Assembly: GCA_015488735.1 (NCBI GenBank) | Contig: WFNG01000055.1 | Span: forward strand, 6,185 to 70,184 | Source: Bacteroidales bacterium | GTDB taxonomy: Bacteria; Bacteroidota; Bacteroidia; Bacteroidales; F082 | Reading direction: 5' to 3' | Length of the DNA: 64,000 nucleotides | In this document: positions 17,734 through 28,174 of the stretch, piece by piece | How positions within the stretch are numbered: position 1 is the stretch's first letter | How the letters are laid out: the number at the start of each line of letters is the position of its first letter | Translations under genes and position numbers: made by a program | The notes under the pieces: model-generated | What the model was told of the DNA's origin: nothing | The model's input: only the letters and a program-made list of their open reading frames with translations | Database searches by the model: none

Positions 17734-18609
17734 ATGATTGAATCGATGACCGGTTACGGAAAATCCGTAGCTGCCATGCAGCATCAAAAACTGCTGGTGG
17801 AAATCCGTACACTCAACAGCAAACAGCTGGATATTAGTATGCGTATTCCTCAGATTTTCAGGGAGAAAGAAATCGAGATCAGGGCTATGCTACGAAAACG
17901 GCTTCAGCGTGGAAAAATTGATTTTTCTATTTCGAGGGAGCAGTCTGAAAAACTGAATGCTCCTGTTCTTAATAAGACGCTTGCGCATCACTACTATAAG
18001 CAGTTGAGGGTGTTTGCCAAAGAGATAGGGAGCGAAGAAAGAGAGGATTTTCTTGCATTAATTATGCGTTTGCCTGATGTATTTGTTGCAGAAGAATCAT
18101 CGCTTGCTGAGCAGGAATGGAATGCATTGTTGGATGCCATTTTGGATGCTGTTGATCAGGTTGACTTGTTCAGAACGCATGAGGGTAGCGTACTTGAAAA
18201 AGATTTTCGTCAGCGTATTGCCACTATTTTGCAGCTTCTTAACGAGGTCGACCCTTACGAAAAAGCACGTGTTGAAAGAGTGAAAGAGCGTATTTTAAAA
18301 AATCTGAAAGAAAATATTTCGGATATTCATTACGATAAAAACCGTCTGGAGCAGGAATTGATATATTATATTGAGAAACTGGATGTTACCGAAGAAAAAA
18401 TCCGCTTGAAAAAACATTGCGACTATTTTCTCGATGTGTTGAACACGGAGGAGGCAGCGGGTAAAAAACTGGCTTTCGTTCTTCAGGAAATAGGACGTGA
18501 GATAAACACCCTTGGTTCCAAATCCAACGATGCCGACATGCAAAAGATTGTAATACTTATGAAAGACGAACTGGAGAAAATCAAAGAACAAATGTTGAAT
18601 ATTTTGTAA
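17734..18609 (+). CDS. yicC: YicC/YloC-family endoribonuclease
   Basis: MIESMTGYG, EIRTLNSK, GKKLAFVLQEIGREINTLGSK, KEQMLNIL. Start placed at 17734, downstream of the promoter box. Confidence 0.92.
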   Translation: MIESMTGYGKSVAAMQHQKLLVEIRTLNSKQLDISMRIPQIFREKEIEIRAMLRKRLQRGKIDFSISREQSEKLNAPVLNKTLAHHYYKQLRVFAKEIGSEEREDFLALIMRLPDVFVAEESSLAEQEWNALLDAILDAVDQVDLFRTHEGSVLEKDFRQRIATILQLLNEVDPYEKARVERVKERILKNLKENISDIHYDKNRLEQELIYYIEKLDVTEEKIRLKKHCDYFLDVLNTEEAAGKKLAFVLQEIGREINTLGSKSNDADMQKIVILMKDELEKIKEQMLNIL

Positions 18610-19199
18610 TGTCGAATACTGAAAATTATAAAAAAGGCAAACTGGTTATTTTTTCGGCACCTTCTGGTTCGGGAAAAACAACGTTGTTGCGATATGTTAT
18701 AACGCAATTACCACAGCTCTCTTTTTCTGTATCTGCAACCAGCCGTCCGCCCAGGCCGGGAGAGAAGAATGGATATGATTATTATTTTATCACAGTTGAT
18801 GAGTTTAAACAAAAGATTAAAGAGAATGCCTTTGTGGAATGGGAGGAGGTTTATCATAATCAGTACTATGGCTCTTTGCGTTCCGAAGTGGAAAAAATCA
18901 GAGAACGTGGCAATTCAGTTGCTTTTGATGTGGATGTAATAGGAGGTCTGAATATTAAAAAGATGTATGGCAATGAAGCACTCTCTGTTTTTGTCAGGCC
19001 ACCTTCAATAGCCGTTCTCGAAAAGCGTCTTCGCCATCGGTCAACTGAAAGCGAAGAAAGTATTCGTCAGCGTCTGGACAGGGCTGCTTATGAACTTACT
19101 TTTGAAAAACATTTCGATAAAGTGCTGGTAAATGGCGATTTGGAAAAAGCGCACAAAGAAGCACTTGCGTTGGTGCGCGATTTTATTGACAAAGACTGA
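18609..19199 (+). CDS. gmk: Guanylate kinase
   Basis: SAPSGSGKTT, SATSRPPRPGE.NG.DYYF, EWEEVY, YYGS; classic yicC-gmk synteny. Confidence 0.95.
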   Translation: MSNTENYKKGKLVIFSAPSGSGKTTLLRYVITQLPQLSFSVSATSRPPRPGEKNGYDYYFITVDEFKQKIKENAFVEWEEVYHNQYYGSLRSEVEKIRERGNSVAFDVDVIGGLNIKKMYGNEALSVFVRPPSIAVLEKRLRHRSTESEESIRQRLDRAAYELTFEKHFDKVLVNGDLEKAHKEALALVRDFIDKD

Positions 19200-19229
19200 T
19201 TTTACTGCTTTTAACTCAATATAATAGAA

Positions 19230-20240
19230 ATGAATAAAATTGTTTTACCTGCTTACAATAAAAATATTATCAGGGCTTTACGCAGTTTACGTGTAGAGGG
19301 TTGTTCTTTGCGTAAGCCCGGAATAGATGAAGTGCTGATAAAAGTTCACGCGGCACCCTGTAATCCTTCGGATATTGCCTTTATGATGGGAGGATACAAT
19401 ATTATAAAAGAGGTTCCGACTGTCCCGGGTTTTGAGGGTTCTGGAATTGTAGTTGAGGCCGGCGAAGGCGCAGAGGATCTTATCGATCGTAAAGTGAGCT
19501 TCTTTATTCAGGAAGAAAACTGTGGAAGCTGGTCGGAATATGTCATCTCGAACCGTAAAAAGCTGGTGGTGTTGGATGATAAAATGAACATGGATCAGGC
19601 AGCTTGCTTTGCCATTAATCCCTTTACCGCACGTGGCCTGTTGGACATCGCCTTATTACGTGATAACCATGCTGTTATCCAGAATGCTGCCGGAGGTCAG
19701 GTGGCTGCTTTTGTACGGCAAATGGCAGGCGATATGGGTATTGATGTGATTGATATTGTCAGAAAACAGAAAACAGTAGAGCGTTTAAAAAATGAAGGTG
19801 CCCGGTATGTCTTGTTGGAAAATGACCCGCTGTTTGAACAGAATTTGAAAAAACTGGCACATAAACTGGATGCGCGACTGGCTTTTGATGCGGTGGGCGG
19901 CCCGCTTGCAGGGCAAATTTTTAATGCCATGCCTTTCGATGCAGAATTGGTTTCTTACGGTGGCCTTTCCACAAAACATATTTCAGGTATTGACTCAATG
20001 GATTTAATTTTTCATAATAAGATTATTTCCGGATTTAATCTTCCAGAATGGCGTGAGCAAATGGATGATGATTTTTTTGAACAGGTTTCCGTAGATATGC
20101 AACACTTGTTTATTTCAGGAAAATATCAGACAAAAATACAGGGAAGTGTTGGCTTCGATAACATTAGCGATGGCCTTATCCAATGCTTGCGAAACCTGAG
20201 TAAAGGAAAGATGTTAATAAAAGCGAAAGTTGCTGAATAG
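19230..20240 (+). CDS. MDR-superfamily oxidoreductase (quinone reductase/enoyl reductase-like)
   Basis: APCNPSD, PGFEGSG, AAGGQVA nucleotide-binding loop, FDAVGG. Confidence 0.85.
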   Translation: MNKIVLPAYNKNIIRALRSLRVEGCSLRKPGIDEVLIKVHAAPCNPSDIAFMMGGYNIIKEVPTVPGFEGSGIVVEAGEGAEDLIDRKVSFFIQEENCGSWSEYVISNRKKLVVLDDKMNMDQAACFAINPFTARGLLDIALLRDNHAVIQNAAGGQVAAFVRQMAGDMGIDVIDIVRKQKTVERLKNEGARYVLLENDPLFEQNLKKLAHKLDARLAFDAVGGPLAGQIFNAMPFDAELVSYGGLSTKHISGIDSMDLIFHNKIISGFNLPEWREQMDDDFFEQVSVDMQHLFISGKYQTKIQGSVGFDNISDGLIQCLRNLSKGKMLIKAKVAE

Positions 20241-20275
20241 ATAGAATATTTAGGTGCTGTTAAAAAAATTATAGA

Positions 20276-20863
20276 TTGAATCCACACAAAAAAACCGGTT
20301 TGTTGTTTGGCTCATTTAACCCTATTCATTCGGGGCATTTGATATTAGCCAATTTTATGGCAGAGTTCACCGACCTGGATGAGGTGTGGTTTGTGGTCTC
20401 TCCTCATAATCCGCTCAAAAAAAAAGCCAGCCTGTTGTCCGATATCCATCGCCTTGCCTTGGTGCGCCTTGCCGTGGAAGACTTACCTCGTTTGAATGTT
20501 AGCGACATTGAATTTAAAATGCCAAGGCCATCCTATACGATTGACACACTGGCATGGCTTTCTGATAAATATCCGGAGCGACAGTTTGTTATGATTTGTG
20601 GTACTGACATCTTCGCTCATTTTCATAAATGGAAAAATTATCAGGAGATTTTACATCAGTACGTGTTGTACGTTTATCCACGTCCGGGTTCATCGTTGGG
20701 AGAATATGCTGAAAATCCCAAAGTTAAACTATTTGATGCGCCGCTACTGGAAATATCCTCCAGCTTTATCCGGAAAGGAATTTTTGCCAAAAAGAATATG
20801 GCCTTTTGGATGCCTGAAAATGTTTATCGTTACATTCTGGAGATGCATTTCTACGAAAAATAA
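20276..20863 (+). CDS. nadD: Nicotinate-nucleotide adenylyltransferase
   Basis: GSFNPIHSGH, PSYTIDTL, ICGTD, ISSSFIR; TTG start. Confidence 0.93.
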   Translation: MNPHKKTGLLFGSFNPIHSGHLILANFMAEFTDLDEVWFVVSPHNPLKKKASLLSDIHRLALVRLAVEDLPRLNVSDIEFKMPRPSYTIDTLAWLSDKYPERQFVMICGTDIFAHFHKWKNYQEILHQYVLYVYPRPGSSLGEYAENPKVKLFDAPLLEISSSFIRKGIFAKKNMAFWMPENVYRYILEMHFYEK

Positions 20864-20954
20864 CCGGGTGTTCAGGAATCTTCAATATACTTTCTGCCGG
20901 TTATTGCAACAAGCTGTTTTCCTGACTAATCGAGTGAAAATGTGATAATATTTC

Positions 20955-21239
20955 CTATTGATACGGGTCTGTTACCGGAAGCACATAATATTCGCCTGTA
21001 CGCGGGTCTTTGTAGAATTTGCTGTATCCGTTAATACTTTCGATGTTTGCATCCACCGAACCTTTAATAAAAACCGTGTTATCCACATCTACAGTGCCGG
21101 TAACGTTTAGCGCCGAGTCAACGGCAATACGTTGTGGTTTTACCTGCGGAATAATGCCTGCATTTTGGAATACCAATACCCAAATTCCGGCAGCAATCAG
21201 AATCAGGGTGAATTTGATAAAGCGTGAGTTTATTTCCAT
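20955..21239 (-). CDS. Small membrane-anchored hypothetical protein
   Basis: N-terminal hydrophobic helix followed by beta-repeat-like V.GTV.VD.TV.I.GSV. Confidence 0.6.
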   Translation of the reverse strand: MEINSRFIKFTLILIAAGIWVLVFQNAGIIPQVKPQRIAVDSALNVTGTVDVDNTVFIKGSVDANIESINGYSKFYKDPRTGEYYVLPVTDPYQ

Positions 21240-21433
21240 GGTTTTATGATTTGATTTCGATTGTTCAAAAGTATTTAAAAATTAGAATCATTACTTATAA
21301 CAAAATGCAATATACGCAATTTATCTCATTAACTTTTTCTACGCGCATTTACCATTGTAAAATCCCAAATTCCTTATCGGAAATTTGGAATTACAATTGG
21401 TATAATTTATAAGAGATTACGCACTTTAGGAGT

Positions 21434-22195
21434 TCATCCTTCATAGCGTTCCAACCTGAATTTATTACCGTCGAAAATACCGTAGGAAAAATGAGAAATC
21501 CAGTCGCCCAGAATCACCAATTGGGCATTGTCATCAATGTTTGTTACTATTGGCATGTGGCGATGGCCAAAAACAAAATAATCGACATCTGGAAATTGTT
21601 CATGCATATTCCTGGCATGGTTGAATAACATTTCCTTTTCTTTATCAAAGAAAGGTTCTTCTTTTCCCGCCCTGCTCATTTTTGCCAGCCGGCTGCGGCG
21701 CGAGAAATAATTTCCCATCCAGGCGCCCACATCCGGATGCAACCATTGAAACATAAACTGGTTGGGGCGAAATTCAAAAATAGTTTTAAGGAATTTGTAA
21801 CTTTTGTCTCCCGGCCCCAGTCCATCGCCATGGGCAAGATAAAAGGTTTTCCCCATGATGTTTCGAATGACCGGTTTACGATAAAGCTGTATTCCGATTT
21901 CCTTTTCGAGATAATCAAATGCCCACAGGTCGTGGTTGCCACGAAAGAGATGTATTGATATTCCGGCATCCGTCAGCTCGGCCAGTTTTCCCAGCAACCG
22001 GACAAAACCTTTCGGAACAACATTTTTGTATTCAAACCAAAAGTCAAACACATCGCCCATAAGGAAGATTTCTTCTGCATCATGGCGTATTTTTTCCAGC
22101 CATTTTACCAGCAATTTCTCTCTTTCCAGGCTATGTGCGTGGTCTGGGATTCCCAAATGGAAATCGGAAACAAAATATATGTTTTTTCTTCCCAA
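21434..22195 (-). CDS. lpxH: UDP-2,3-diacylglucosamine diphosphatase
   Basis: SDFHLG, GDVFDFW, GNHD, HGDG, FGHRH metallophosphoesterase motifs; near lpxK. Confidence 0.88.
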   Translation of the reverse strand: MGRKNIYFVSDFHLGIPDHAHSLEREKLLVKWLEKIRHDAEEIFLMGDVFDFWFEYKNVVPKGFVRLLGKLAELTDAGISIHLFRGNHDLWAFDYLEKEIGIQLYRKPVIRNIMGKTFYLAHGDGLGPGDKSYKFLKTIFEFRPNQFMFQWLHPDVGAWMGNYFSRRSRLAKMSRAGKEEPFFDKEKEMLFNHARNMHEQFPDVDYFVFGHRHMPIVTNIDDNAQLVILGDWISHFSYGIFDGNKFRLERYEG

Positions 22196-22204
22196 ATTAA
22201 CTAT

Positions 22205-23014
22205 TTACAAGCCTTTAATAACGTCCTTGATAATGGTGATAAGTTTTGGCGTAACCTGTTCAACAGCGGCGAGTACTTCCTGGTGCGAAATCTCAATAAT
22301 TTTTCCTTTTACACCCAGATCAGAAATAACCGAAACGGCAAAAACAGGCATGTCCATATGACGGGCTACAATTACTTCCGGAACGGTTGACATCCCCACA
22401 GCATCTGCGCCCAGGCTGCGAATATAATAGTATTCGGATGGTGTTTCGTACGTTGGCCCTGAAGTGCCGGCATAAACACCTGTTTTATAGCGAATACCGT
22501 GCTGACGGGCTACGCGGGTGGCTTTACTGAGCAGTGCTTTGTCATATGCTTCGCTCATGTCAACAAAACGAGGGCCAAGCTCATCAATATTTTTCCCCAC
22601 AAGCGGATTGGGTAAGAGGTTAATATGGTCGGTAATAAACATGATGTCACCTACTTCAAAATCGGGATTAACACCGCCACTGGCATTTGAAACGAAGAGA
22701 TATTCAATTCCCATTTGTTTGAATAAGCGAATGGGGAAAGTTACCTCTTTCATGGAGTAGCCTTCATAATAATGAAAACGTCCCTGCATGGCAACAACTT
22801 CCACACCACTGAGCGTGCCAAAAATCAATTGGCCTTTGTGTCCCTTTATGGTTGAAACGGGGAAGTTGGGAATGTCGGTATATAATATTTTTTCACTGAC
22901 TTCGATATCATCGGCTAAATCTCCAAGCCCGGATCCTAATATTATGGCTATGCGTGGTTTAACACTAATTTTTGTGTGAAGAAAAGCTGCTGTTTCTTTG
23001 ATTTTTTCTAACAT
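22205..23014 (-). CDS. punA: Purine-nucleoside phosphorylase (trimeric type)
   Basis: ILGSGLG, GRFHYYEGY, NASGG, GPTYET, VGMSTVPE. Confidence 0.93.
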   Translation of the reverse strand: MLEKIKETAAFLHTKISVKPRIAIILGSGLGDLADDIEVSEKILYTDIPNFPVSTIKGHKGQLIFGTLSGVEVVAMQGRFHYYEGYSMKEVTFPIRLFKQMGIEYLFVSNASGGVNPDFEVGDIMFITDHINLLPNPLVGKNIDELGPRFVDMSEAYDKALLSKATRVARQHGIRYKTGVYAGTSGPTYETPSEYYYIRSLGADAVGMSTVPEVIVARHMDMPVFAVSVISDLGVKGKIIEISHQEVLAAVEQVTPKLITIIKDVIKGL

Positions 23015-24047
23015 AATTAATAATTTGCGTATTAAAATTATTTTTGTCCTGCCCGTGAAATTTTACCTCAATGGGTAAATAAACCATGGGAAGATCTTTC
23101 AGCAGGCGAAGATAGGGAGAATTTATTAATCGCATAGCATCTTTTTCTGTTGTCACAATCAACTTGTGCTTTGTGAATTGTTCATCCCAGGTTTTTAATA
23201 TTAAAAGAATATCATTTTTTGTATAGTTGTGGTGATCCGGAAAATCAAGACTTATCAGCTCGCGGCAACGATACCGGAGATTGTCTTTCAGTGGATAAGG
23301 ATTTGCAATTCCGGTAAATAAAATAATGGTGCTGTATTGTTTTTCAATTGTTACCTTTTTTAAAGAAGGAATACCTATGGGTTCTCCATATTTTAAATAG
23401 GAAAAATAAATTTTCTGGTGTGGTTCGGGAGCTAACTTTTTTTCTATTAACCTTTTAATAAGAGGAGACAGAATTCTTTCAGTTTTCGTAACAATGATAA
23501 TATTGGCACGTTTTGCTGCCGATTTCAGATCACGAAGCCTGCCTGCCGGGAAAAGATAATCTTCAGAATATAATTTACGGTAATCTGTAAGTAATAAATT
23601 AATCCCGGGTTTGATGTGCCGGTGTTGTAAAGCATCATCCAAAATGATAACCTCTGGCGGATTATTAAGCTTTAAAAGTTTTTCCACTCCTCTGCATCGG
23701 TTTCTGTCCACTGCAACCCGGATTTTATTACTGAATTTAAGAAGATACTGCATGGATTCATCGCCGATGTCTTTATAGGAGGATGTTTCCTTGGCAAGGA
23801 CAAAGCCTTTACTTTTTCTCATATAGCCACGGCTTAAAATGGCAACGCTAAAATCTTTTTGAAGCAGGCGGGTAATGTATTCTGTGTGGGGCGTTTTGCC
23901 CGTTCCGCCCATGGTAATGTTGCCGACATTAATTATAGGCACATCATAGGATTTTACCGGTAATATGCCGAGATTAAATAGAATATGTCTGAAACCAATA
24001 GCCAGTCCGTACAAAAGTGCGAATGGGTATAACAATATTTTCAGCAT
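22965..24047 (-). CDS. lpxK: Tetraacyldisaccharide 4'-kinase
   Basis: VGNITMGGTGKTP, LSRGY, GDE, LDDALQH, GRLRD, TTEKD. Confidence 0.93.
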   Translation of the reverse strand: MLKILLYPFALLYGLAIGFRHILFNLGILPVKSYDVPIINVGNITMGGTGKTPHTEYITRLLQKDFSVAILSRGYMRKSKGFVLAKETSSYKDIGDESMQYLLKFSNKIRVAVDRNRCRGVEKLLKLNNPPEVIILDDALQHRHIKPGINLLLTDYRKLYSEDYLFPAGRLRDLKSAAKRANIIIVTKTERILSPLIKRLIEKKLAPEPHQKIYFSYLKYGEPIGIPSLKKVTIEKQYSTIILFTGIANPYPLKDNLRYRCRELISLDFPDHHNYTKNDILLILKTWDEQFTKHKLIVTTEKDAMRLINSPYLRLLKDLPMVYLPIEVKFHGQDKNNFNTQIINYVRKNQRNSSFSSHKN

Positions 24048-24160
24048 GAAGAAGATAAAAATTTACGATCCTTACAATTTTTTAATTTTGTGTAAATTTA
24101 AAAAAAATAATTATACATGTTCAGTTATTTTAAAGTTTTATAAAAAAGACATATACAGCG

Positions 24161-25252
24161 ATGAAAATAAATGAAATAACCCGTTATCTGGAGTATCATG
24201 CTCCACTATTTTTACAGGAATCGTATGATAATTCCGGATTACTGGTGGGCTCTCCGGTAAAAGATATATCGAAAGCCCTGATCACCCTCGATGTTACACA
24301 TGAAGTAATGGATGAGGCTATTGCCTGTGGAGCCGGTTTGATTATTGCACACCATCCATTAATTTTTCACGGATTGAAACATTTAAATGGCGGAAATCTG
24401 GTGGAGGATCTGGTGATTAAAGCCATAAAAAATGATATGGCCATTTATGCTATTCATACAAATCTTGATAATGTATCTGCAGGTGTCAACGCCCGTTTGG
24501 CTAAACAACTCGAGCTGAAGAACATGCGCGTTTTGTCACCTTCCGGGAATTTGAAAAAACTGGTTGTTTTTGTGCCCGAAAGTTATGCCGGTGTTGTTCG
24601 GGAGGCTATGCTTAATGCAGGTGCAGGACACATTGGCCGTTATAGTCATTGTAGTTTTGGCGTTTATGGCGAAGGCAGTTTTAAAGCTTTGAAAGGAACG
24701 CATCCCTTTGTGGGAAAGCAGGGAGAAATTCATTTTGAAAAAGAGGTGCGCCTGGAATCGGTTGCTCCGGATTATTTGATAAATACTGTTTTGCAGGCTA
24801 TGCTTGCTGTTCATCCGTATGAAGAGGTGGCTTATGATATTTATCCTTTGGAAAATACAGGTGGCAACGTGGGGGCCGGTATGATCGGGGAATTGTCAGA
24901 AGCTGTATCGTCCCGTGATTTTCTGCGGAATGTGAAAAAACAGCTGGGCGCGCAACAAATTCGTCATGGTCTGCTTATGGAGCAAAAGATAAAGAAAGTA
25001 GCCATCTGTGGCGGGAGTGGCAGCTTCCTTATGGGAAAAGCTTTTGCTTCCGGAGCCGATGCTTTTGTTACGGCTGATTTAAAATACCATGATTTTTTCC
25101 TTTTCCAAAATCAAATGCTTCTTGTGGATGCCGGGCATTACGAAACAGAACAATTTACGAAAGATTTATTATTTGAACTTTTAACCAAAAAATTTCCTAA
25201 TTTTGCACTCCAAATTTCAAATAATAACACAAATCCGGTTTCATTTTTATAG
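24161..25252 (+). CDS. Nif3-like dinuclear metal-centre protein with PII-like insertion
   Basis: QESYDNSGL, IAHHPLIF, HTNLD, HPYEEVAYD, DAGHYETE. Confidence 0.92.
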   Translation: MKINEITRYLEYHAPLFLQESYDNSGLLVGSPVKDISKALITLDVTHEVMDEAIACGAGLIIAHHPLIFHGLKHLNGGNLVEDLVIKAIKNDMAIYAIHTNLDNVSAGVNARLAKQLELKNMRVLSPSGNLKKLVVFVPESYAGVVREAMLNAGAGHIGRYSHCSFGVYGEGSFKALKGTHPFVGKQGEIHFEKEVRLESVAPDYLINTVLQAMLAVHPYEEVAYDIYPLENTGGNVGAGMIGELSEAVSSRDFLRNVKKQLGAQQIRHGLLMEQKIKKVAICGGSGSFLMGKAFASGADAFVTADLKYHDFFLFQNQMLLVDAGHYETEQFTKDLLFELLTKKFPNFALQISNNNTNPVSFL

Positions 25253-25273
25253 TTAATTGAAACATAAGGCATT

Positions 25274-26059
25274 ATGACAAATAAAATCAAAAACACCGCA
25301 GAAAGTCAGGAAGTAAGCGTTGAACAGAAACTGACAGCATTATATAATCTTCAGCAGATTGACTCTCAAATTGACAAAATAAAAATTGTTAGAGGTGAAC
25401 TTCCTCTCGAAGTGGAAGACCTTGAGGACGAAATTGCCGGTCTCGAAACAAGGATGGCTAATTTTCAGGAAGAAAAGGATAAATTTGAGCAGTTTGTTAA
25501 GGATAAAAATGCGGCTATAAAAGAAAGTAACGCGCTGATAAAAAAATATGCAGAGCAACAAATGAATGTCCGTAATAACCGTGAATATGACTCACTGACC
25601 AAGGAGATCGAGTTCCAAAACCTGGAGATTCAGCTTTCTGAGAAAAAAATAAAAGAATCTAAGTTTCGTATTGAAGGTATTGAGGCTGACATGAAAGAAG
25701 CCAACGAAAAACTGGAAATGCGTCAACAAGATCTGGCTGCCAAGAAATCCGAACTGACCGGTATTATTGCCGAGACAAAGAAAGAAGAAGAAGACCTGAT
25801 AAAGAAATCTCAGGAAAATGAAAAATATATAGAAGAACGGTTGCTGACGGCATACAAACGCATTCGTAAAAATGCCCGTAACGGCCTGGCTGTGGTTAGG
25901 ATTGAGAGAGACGCCTGTGGCGGATGTTTTAATAAAATTCCTCCGCAGCACCAGTTAGATATTAAACTCCACAAAAAAATTATAGTTTGTGAGTATTGTG
26001 GACGTATTCTGGTTGACGAAGATCTTGCAAAAGGAGACGATTCAGAAAAAGAATCATAA
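25274..26059 (+). CDS. Coiled-coil protein with C4-type zinc ribbon (DUF164)
   Basis: Long coiled coil, ACGGCF...CEYCGRIL; usual nif3 neighbour. Confidence 0.9.
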   Translation: MTNKIKNTAESQEVSVEQKLTALYNLQQIDSQIDKIKIVRGELPLEVEDLEDEIAGLETRMANFQEEKDKFEQFVKDKNAAIKESNALIKKYAEQQMNVRNNREYDSLTKEIEFQNLEIQLSEKKIKESKFRIEGIEADMKEANEKLEMRQQDLAAKKSELTGIIAETKKEEEDLIKKSQENEKYIEERLLTAYKRIRKNARNGLAVVRIERDACGGCFNKIPPQHQLDIKLHKKIIVCEYCGRILVDEDLAKGDDSEKES

Positions 26060-26080
26060 TTGTGAAAGTTTTATACAAAG

Positions 26081-26106
26081 GCGGGCAGTTATGGCCCGCT
26101 TTTTTT
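26081..26106 (+). terminator. Intrinsic terminator
   Basis: gcgggc-agttatg-gcccgc-ttttttt. Confidence 0.7.
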
Positions 26107-26165
26107 AGATTTATATATTTAAAAATAAAAATTACAACAAGTATAATACATTAAGTACCATTATT

Positions 26166-26705
26166 TTATATATTGGTTCTGCTCACCTGCTCAAAAATTT
26201 TATTAGCGATAAATGTACTTTTATCTTCAAGGTTAAAGATAACAGGATGCTCAATACCAAATTTCTCGATAATTGGCTTTAGCAGGCTTTTGCGAACTGT
26301 AATCAGCGTGGGGAAATTTTTTTCTGCCAGTTTCTTAAAAACCGGGTACCAAACTTTTTCTTTTAATTCAAATCGGCCAATTTCATCGATTACTGCCAGT
26401 GCTTTGGCGTGTTTCATCCCTTCGGTAATTATTTGTTCTCCTGTTTTAATGGTCTGCATGTTGAAAACAAAGATGCCGTTTAGTGTTCCGGGTTTTTCTT
26501 CCCGGTTGCAAAGCAGGTAGTTCCTTTCCGAATTAATATCTTTGAGATGAAAGCGGCTGCGCAGGTTATTTTCCCATTCGCCGGTAGCTATAAATCCAAA
26601 AATATCCACTCCTTTTAACTTTAAAAGTGAGATTACCTTTGTCAGCTTTGTTGTTTTTCCTTCTCCCTGATGGCCGGTAAGGATGAAAACGTTGTGTAAT
26701 TTCAT
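26166..26705 (-). CDS. P-loop nucleoside-triphosphatase (NTPase_1/DUF2478-like)
   Basis: LTGHQGEGKTT, GFIA, VIDEIG. Confidence 0.8.
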   Translation of the reverse strand: MKLHNVFILTGHQGEGKTTKLTKVISLLKLKGVDIFGFIATGEWENNLRSRFHLKDINSERNYLLCNREEKPGTLNGIFVFNMQTIKTGEQIITEGMKHAKALAVIDEIGRFELKEKVWYPVFKKLAEKNFPTLITVRKSLLKPIIEKFGIEHPVIFNLEDKSTFIANKIFEQVSRTNI

Positions 26706-26788
26706 TTTACAAAATTATAAAATTGACAAGGACTGTTATTTAATTAATGAAAAATGTTTTGGACTTTTTGTGCTAACGTTTGAGTCGT

Positions 26789-26796
26789 TATCTTTG
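26789..26796 (+). promoter_or_regulatory. -7 promoter box for prmC
   Basis: TATCTTTG with TTTG at 26767-70 upstream. Confidence 0.55.
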
Positions 26797-26800
26797 CCGG

Positions 26801-27673
26801 ATGTTTTACACGTCAAATCAGCTTGCGGGAATTAAGAGGGAGGAGATAACTCGTTTAACGCAGTTTTATCCGTATCATGAAGCTGAGAACATGATGAATA
26901 TGCTTATTATGCACTTCTTGGGATTGTCAAGGGTTATGCAGCAGCTTCAGGTTGACAAGCGGCTTTCCGAGTCGGAGATGTTGGCGGTGCATGGTGCTGT
27001 AAAACGGCTGCTGAATAATGAGCCGGTTCAATATGTACTTGGCGATACAATGTTTTATGGCCTTAGGCTGGAAGTAAATGCCAACGTGCTTATCCCGCGT
27101 CCTGAGACGGAAGAGCTGGTGGAGATTATTGTTAAAGATGTACACAAAGAGGATACAGATATTCTTGATATCGGAACCGGCAGCGGGTGTATTGCTTTGG
27201 CGTTAAAAAATAATCTTGTCCAAAGCCGGATTTCTGCTGTCGATATTTCTGAAGAGGCACTTTCCCTTGCCCGGAAAAATGCAAAGAACCTTCAGCTTGA
27301 TGTCAATTTCCTGCGATGCAATATTCTGGATACAGCGGCCTGTCTGAAAACGTTTGATAAATACTTTGATATTATCGTTAGTAATCCACCTTATGTTTTG
27401 CAAAAAGAAAAGGAACAAATGTCTGGAAACGTGCTGGATTATGAACCGCATCTTGCACTTTTTGTGGAAGACGATGACCCGCTGATTTTTTACCGGAAAA
27501 TCATTCGTTTTGCGGAAAAATCTCTCAGGTCAGGTGGAAAACTCTATTTTGAACTGAATGAAAATTATGCTGAGGAAACAGCTGCTCTTTTCTGTAAAGA
27601 TATTTTTGATACTCCCGATATACAGATTGATATAAACGGTAAAAAGCGATTTATTGCTGTTAGAAAATATTGA
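26801..27673 (+). CDS. prmC: Release-factor glutamine methyltransferase
   Basis: EPVQY, LIPRPETEELV, DIGTGSGCIA, SNPPY, EP..ALF. Start moved to ATG 26801, after the promoter box. Confidence 0.93.
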   Translation: MFYTSNQLAGIKREEITRLTQFYPYHEAENMMNMLIMHFLGLSRVMQQLQVDKRLSESEMLAVHGAVKRLLNNEPVQYVLGDTMFYGLRLEVNANVLIPRPETEELVEIIVKDVHKEDTDILDIGTGSGCIALALKNNLVQSRISAVDISEEALSLARKNAKNLQLDVNFLRCNILDTAACLKTFDKYFDIIVSNPPYVLQKEKEQMSGNVLDYEPHLALFVEDDDPLIFYRKIIRFAEKSLRSGGKLYFELNENYAEETAALFCKDIFDTPDIQIDINGKKRFIAVRKY

Positions 27674-28171
27674 TTACCGGCTTACATGTTCACCACCAAG
27701 CCGGAACAGTAGTTCTTCCAGAAAACTTTTTGTCTTTTTATAGATTCCCGGACTTTTTGATTCCCGTGGTCCCACAATATTAATTGAGGTAATATCCAGG
27801 TCGCCAAGGAGGGATAATATACCGGTTTCCTGATCTGTTATATTCATGGAAAAATGGACTATATAAACAGGGATGTTTTTTTTTTCGGCATGGTCAATAG
27901 CATAAACTGTCCCTTTATCCGGTTTTCCATCAACAAAGACGAGTACTCCCTGACTTTCCTCTACATTTTTTATTGTACGGCTCTTGTAATTAGGAGATTT
28001 TGTTTCTTTTAGCGGATAAATATCAGGGATGATACCATCTTCGGCTTTCCGCCCTTTTGGGCACCATCCATAACACAAAATGTCATTTTCCAATGCAAAA
28101 TCCAGCGCCGCCCTGTCCACACCTGTTTGCCCTCCCGAAATGATGCGCAACGACTGAATTACTTTTAGCAT
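27674..28171 (-). CDS. Putative molybdenum-carrier / YpsA SLOG-family protein
   Basis: IISGGQTGVDRAALD, GWCPKGRKAEDG, RT..NV, NIVGPRES. Confidence 0.88.
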   Translation of the reverse strand: MLKVIQSLRIISGGQTGVDRAALDFALENDILCYGWCPKGRKAEDGIIPDIYPLKETKSPNYKSRTIKNVEESQGVLVFVDGKPDKGTVYAIDHAEKKNIPVYIVHFSMNITDQETGILSLLGDLDITSINIVGPRESKSPGIYKKTKSFLEELLFRLGGEHVSR

Positions 28172-28174
28172 AGG

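Noticed and set aside
22965-23014. 50-nt overlap of lpxK 3' end with punA 5' end as a frameshift
   Set aside because: Both proteins are full length with all motifs; a simple extended C-terminus explains it.
27876-27885. T10 (A10 coding) run in the SLOG gene, and T10 at 59218-59227, as phase-variation switches
   Set aside because: The reading frame is intact and such runs are common in AT-rich DNA; read-level length variation would be needed.
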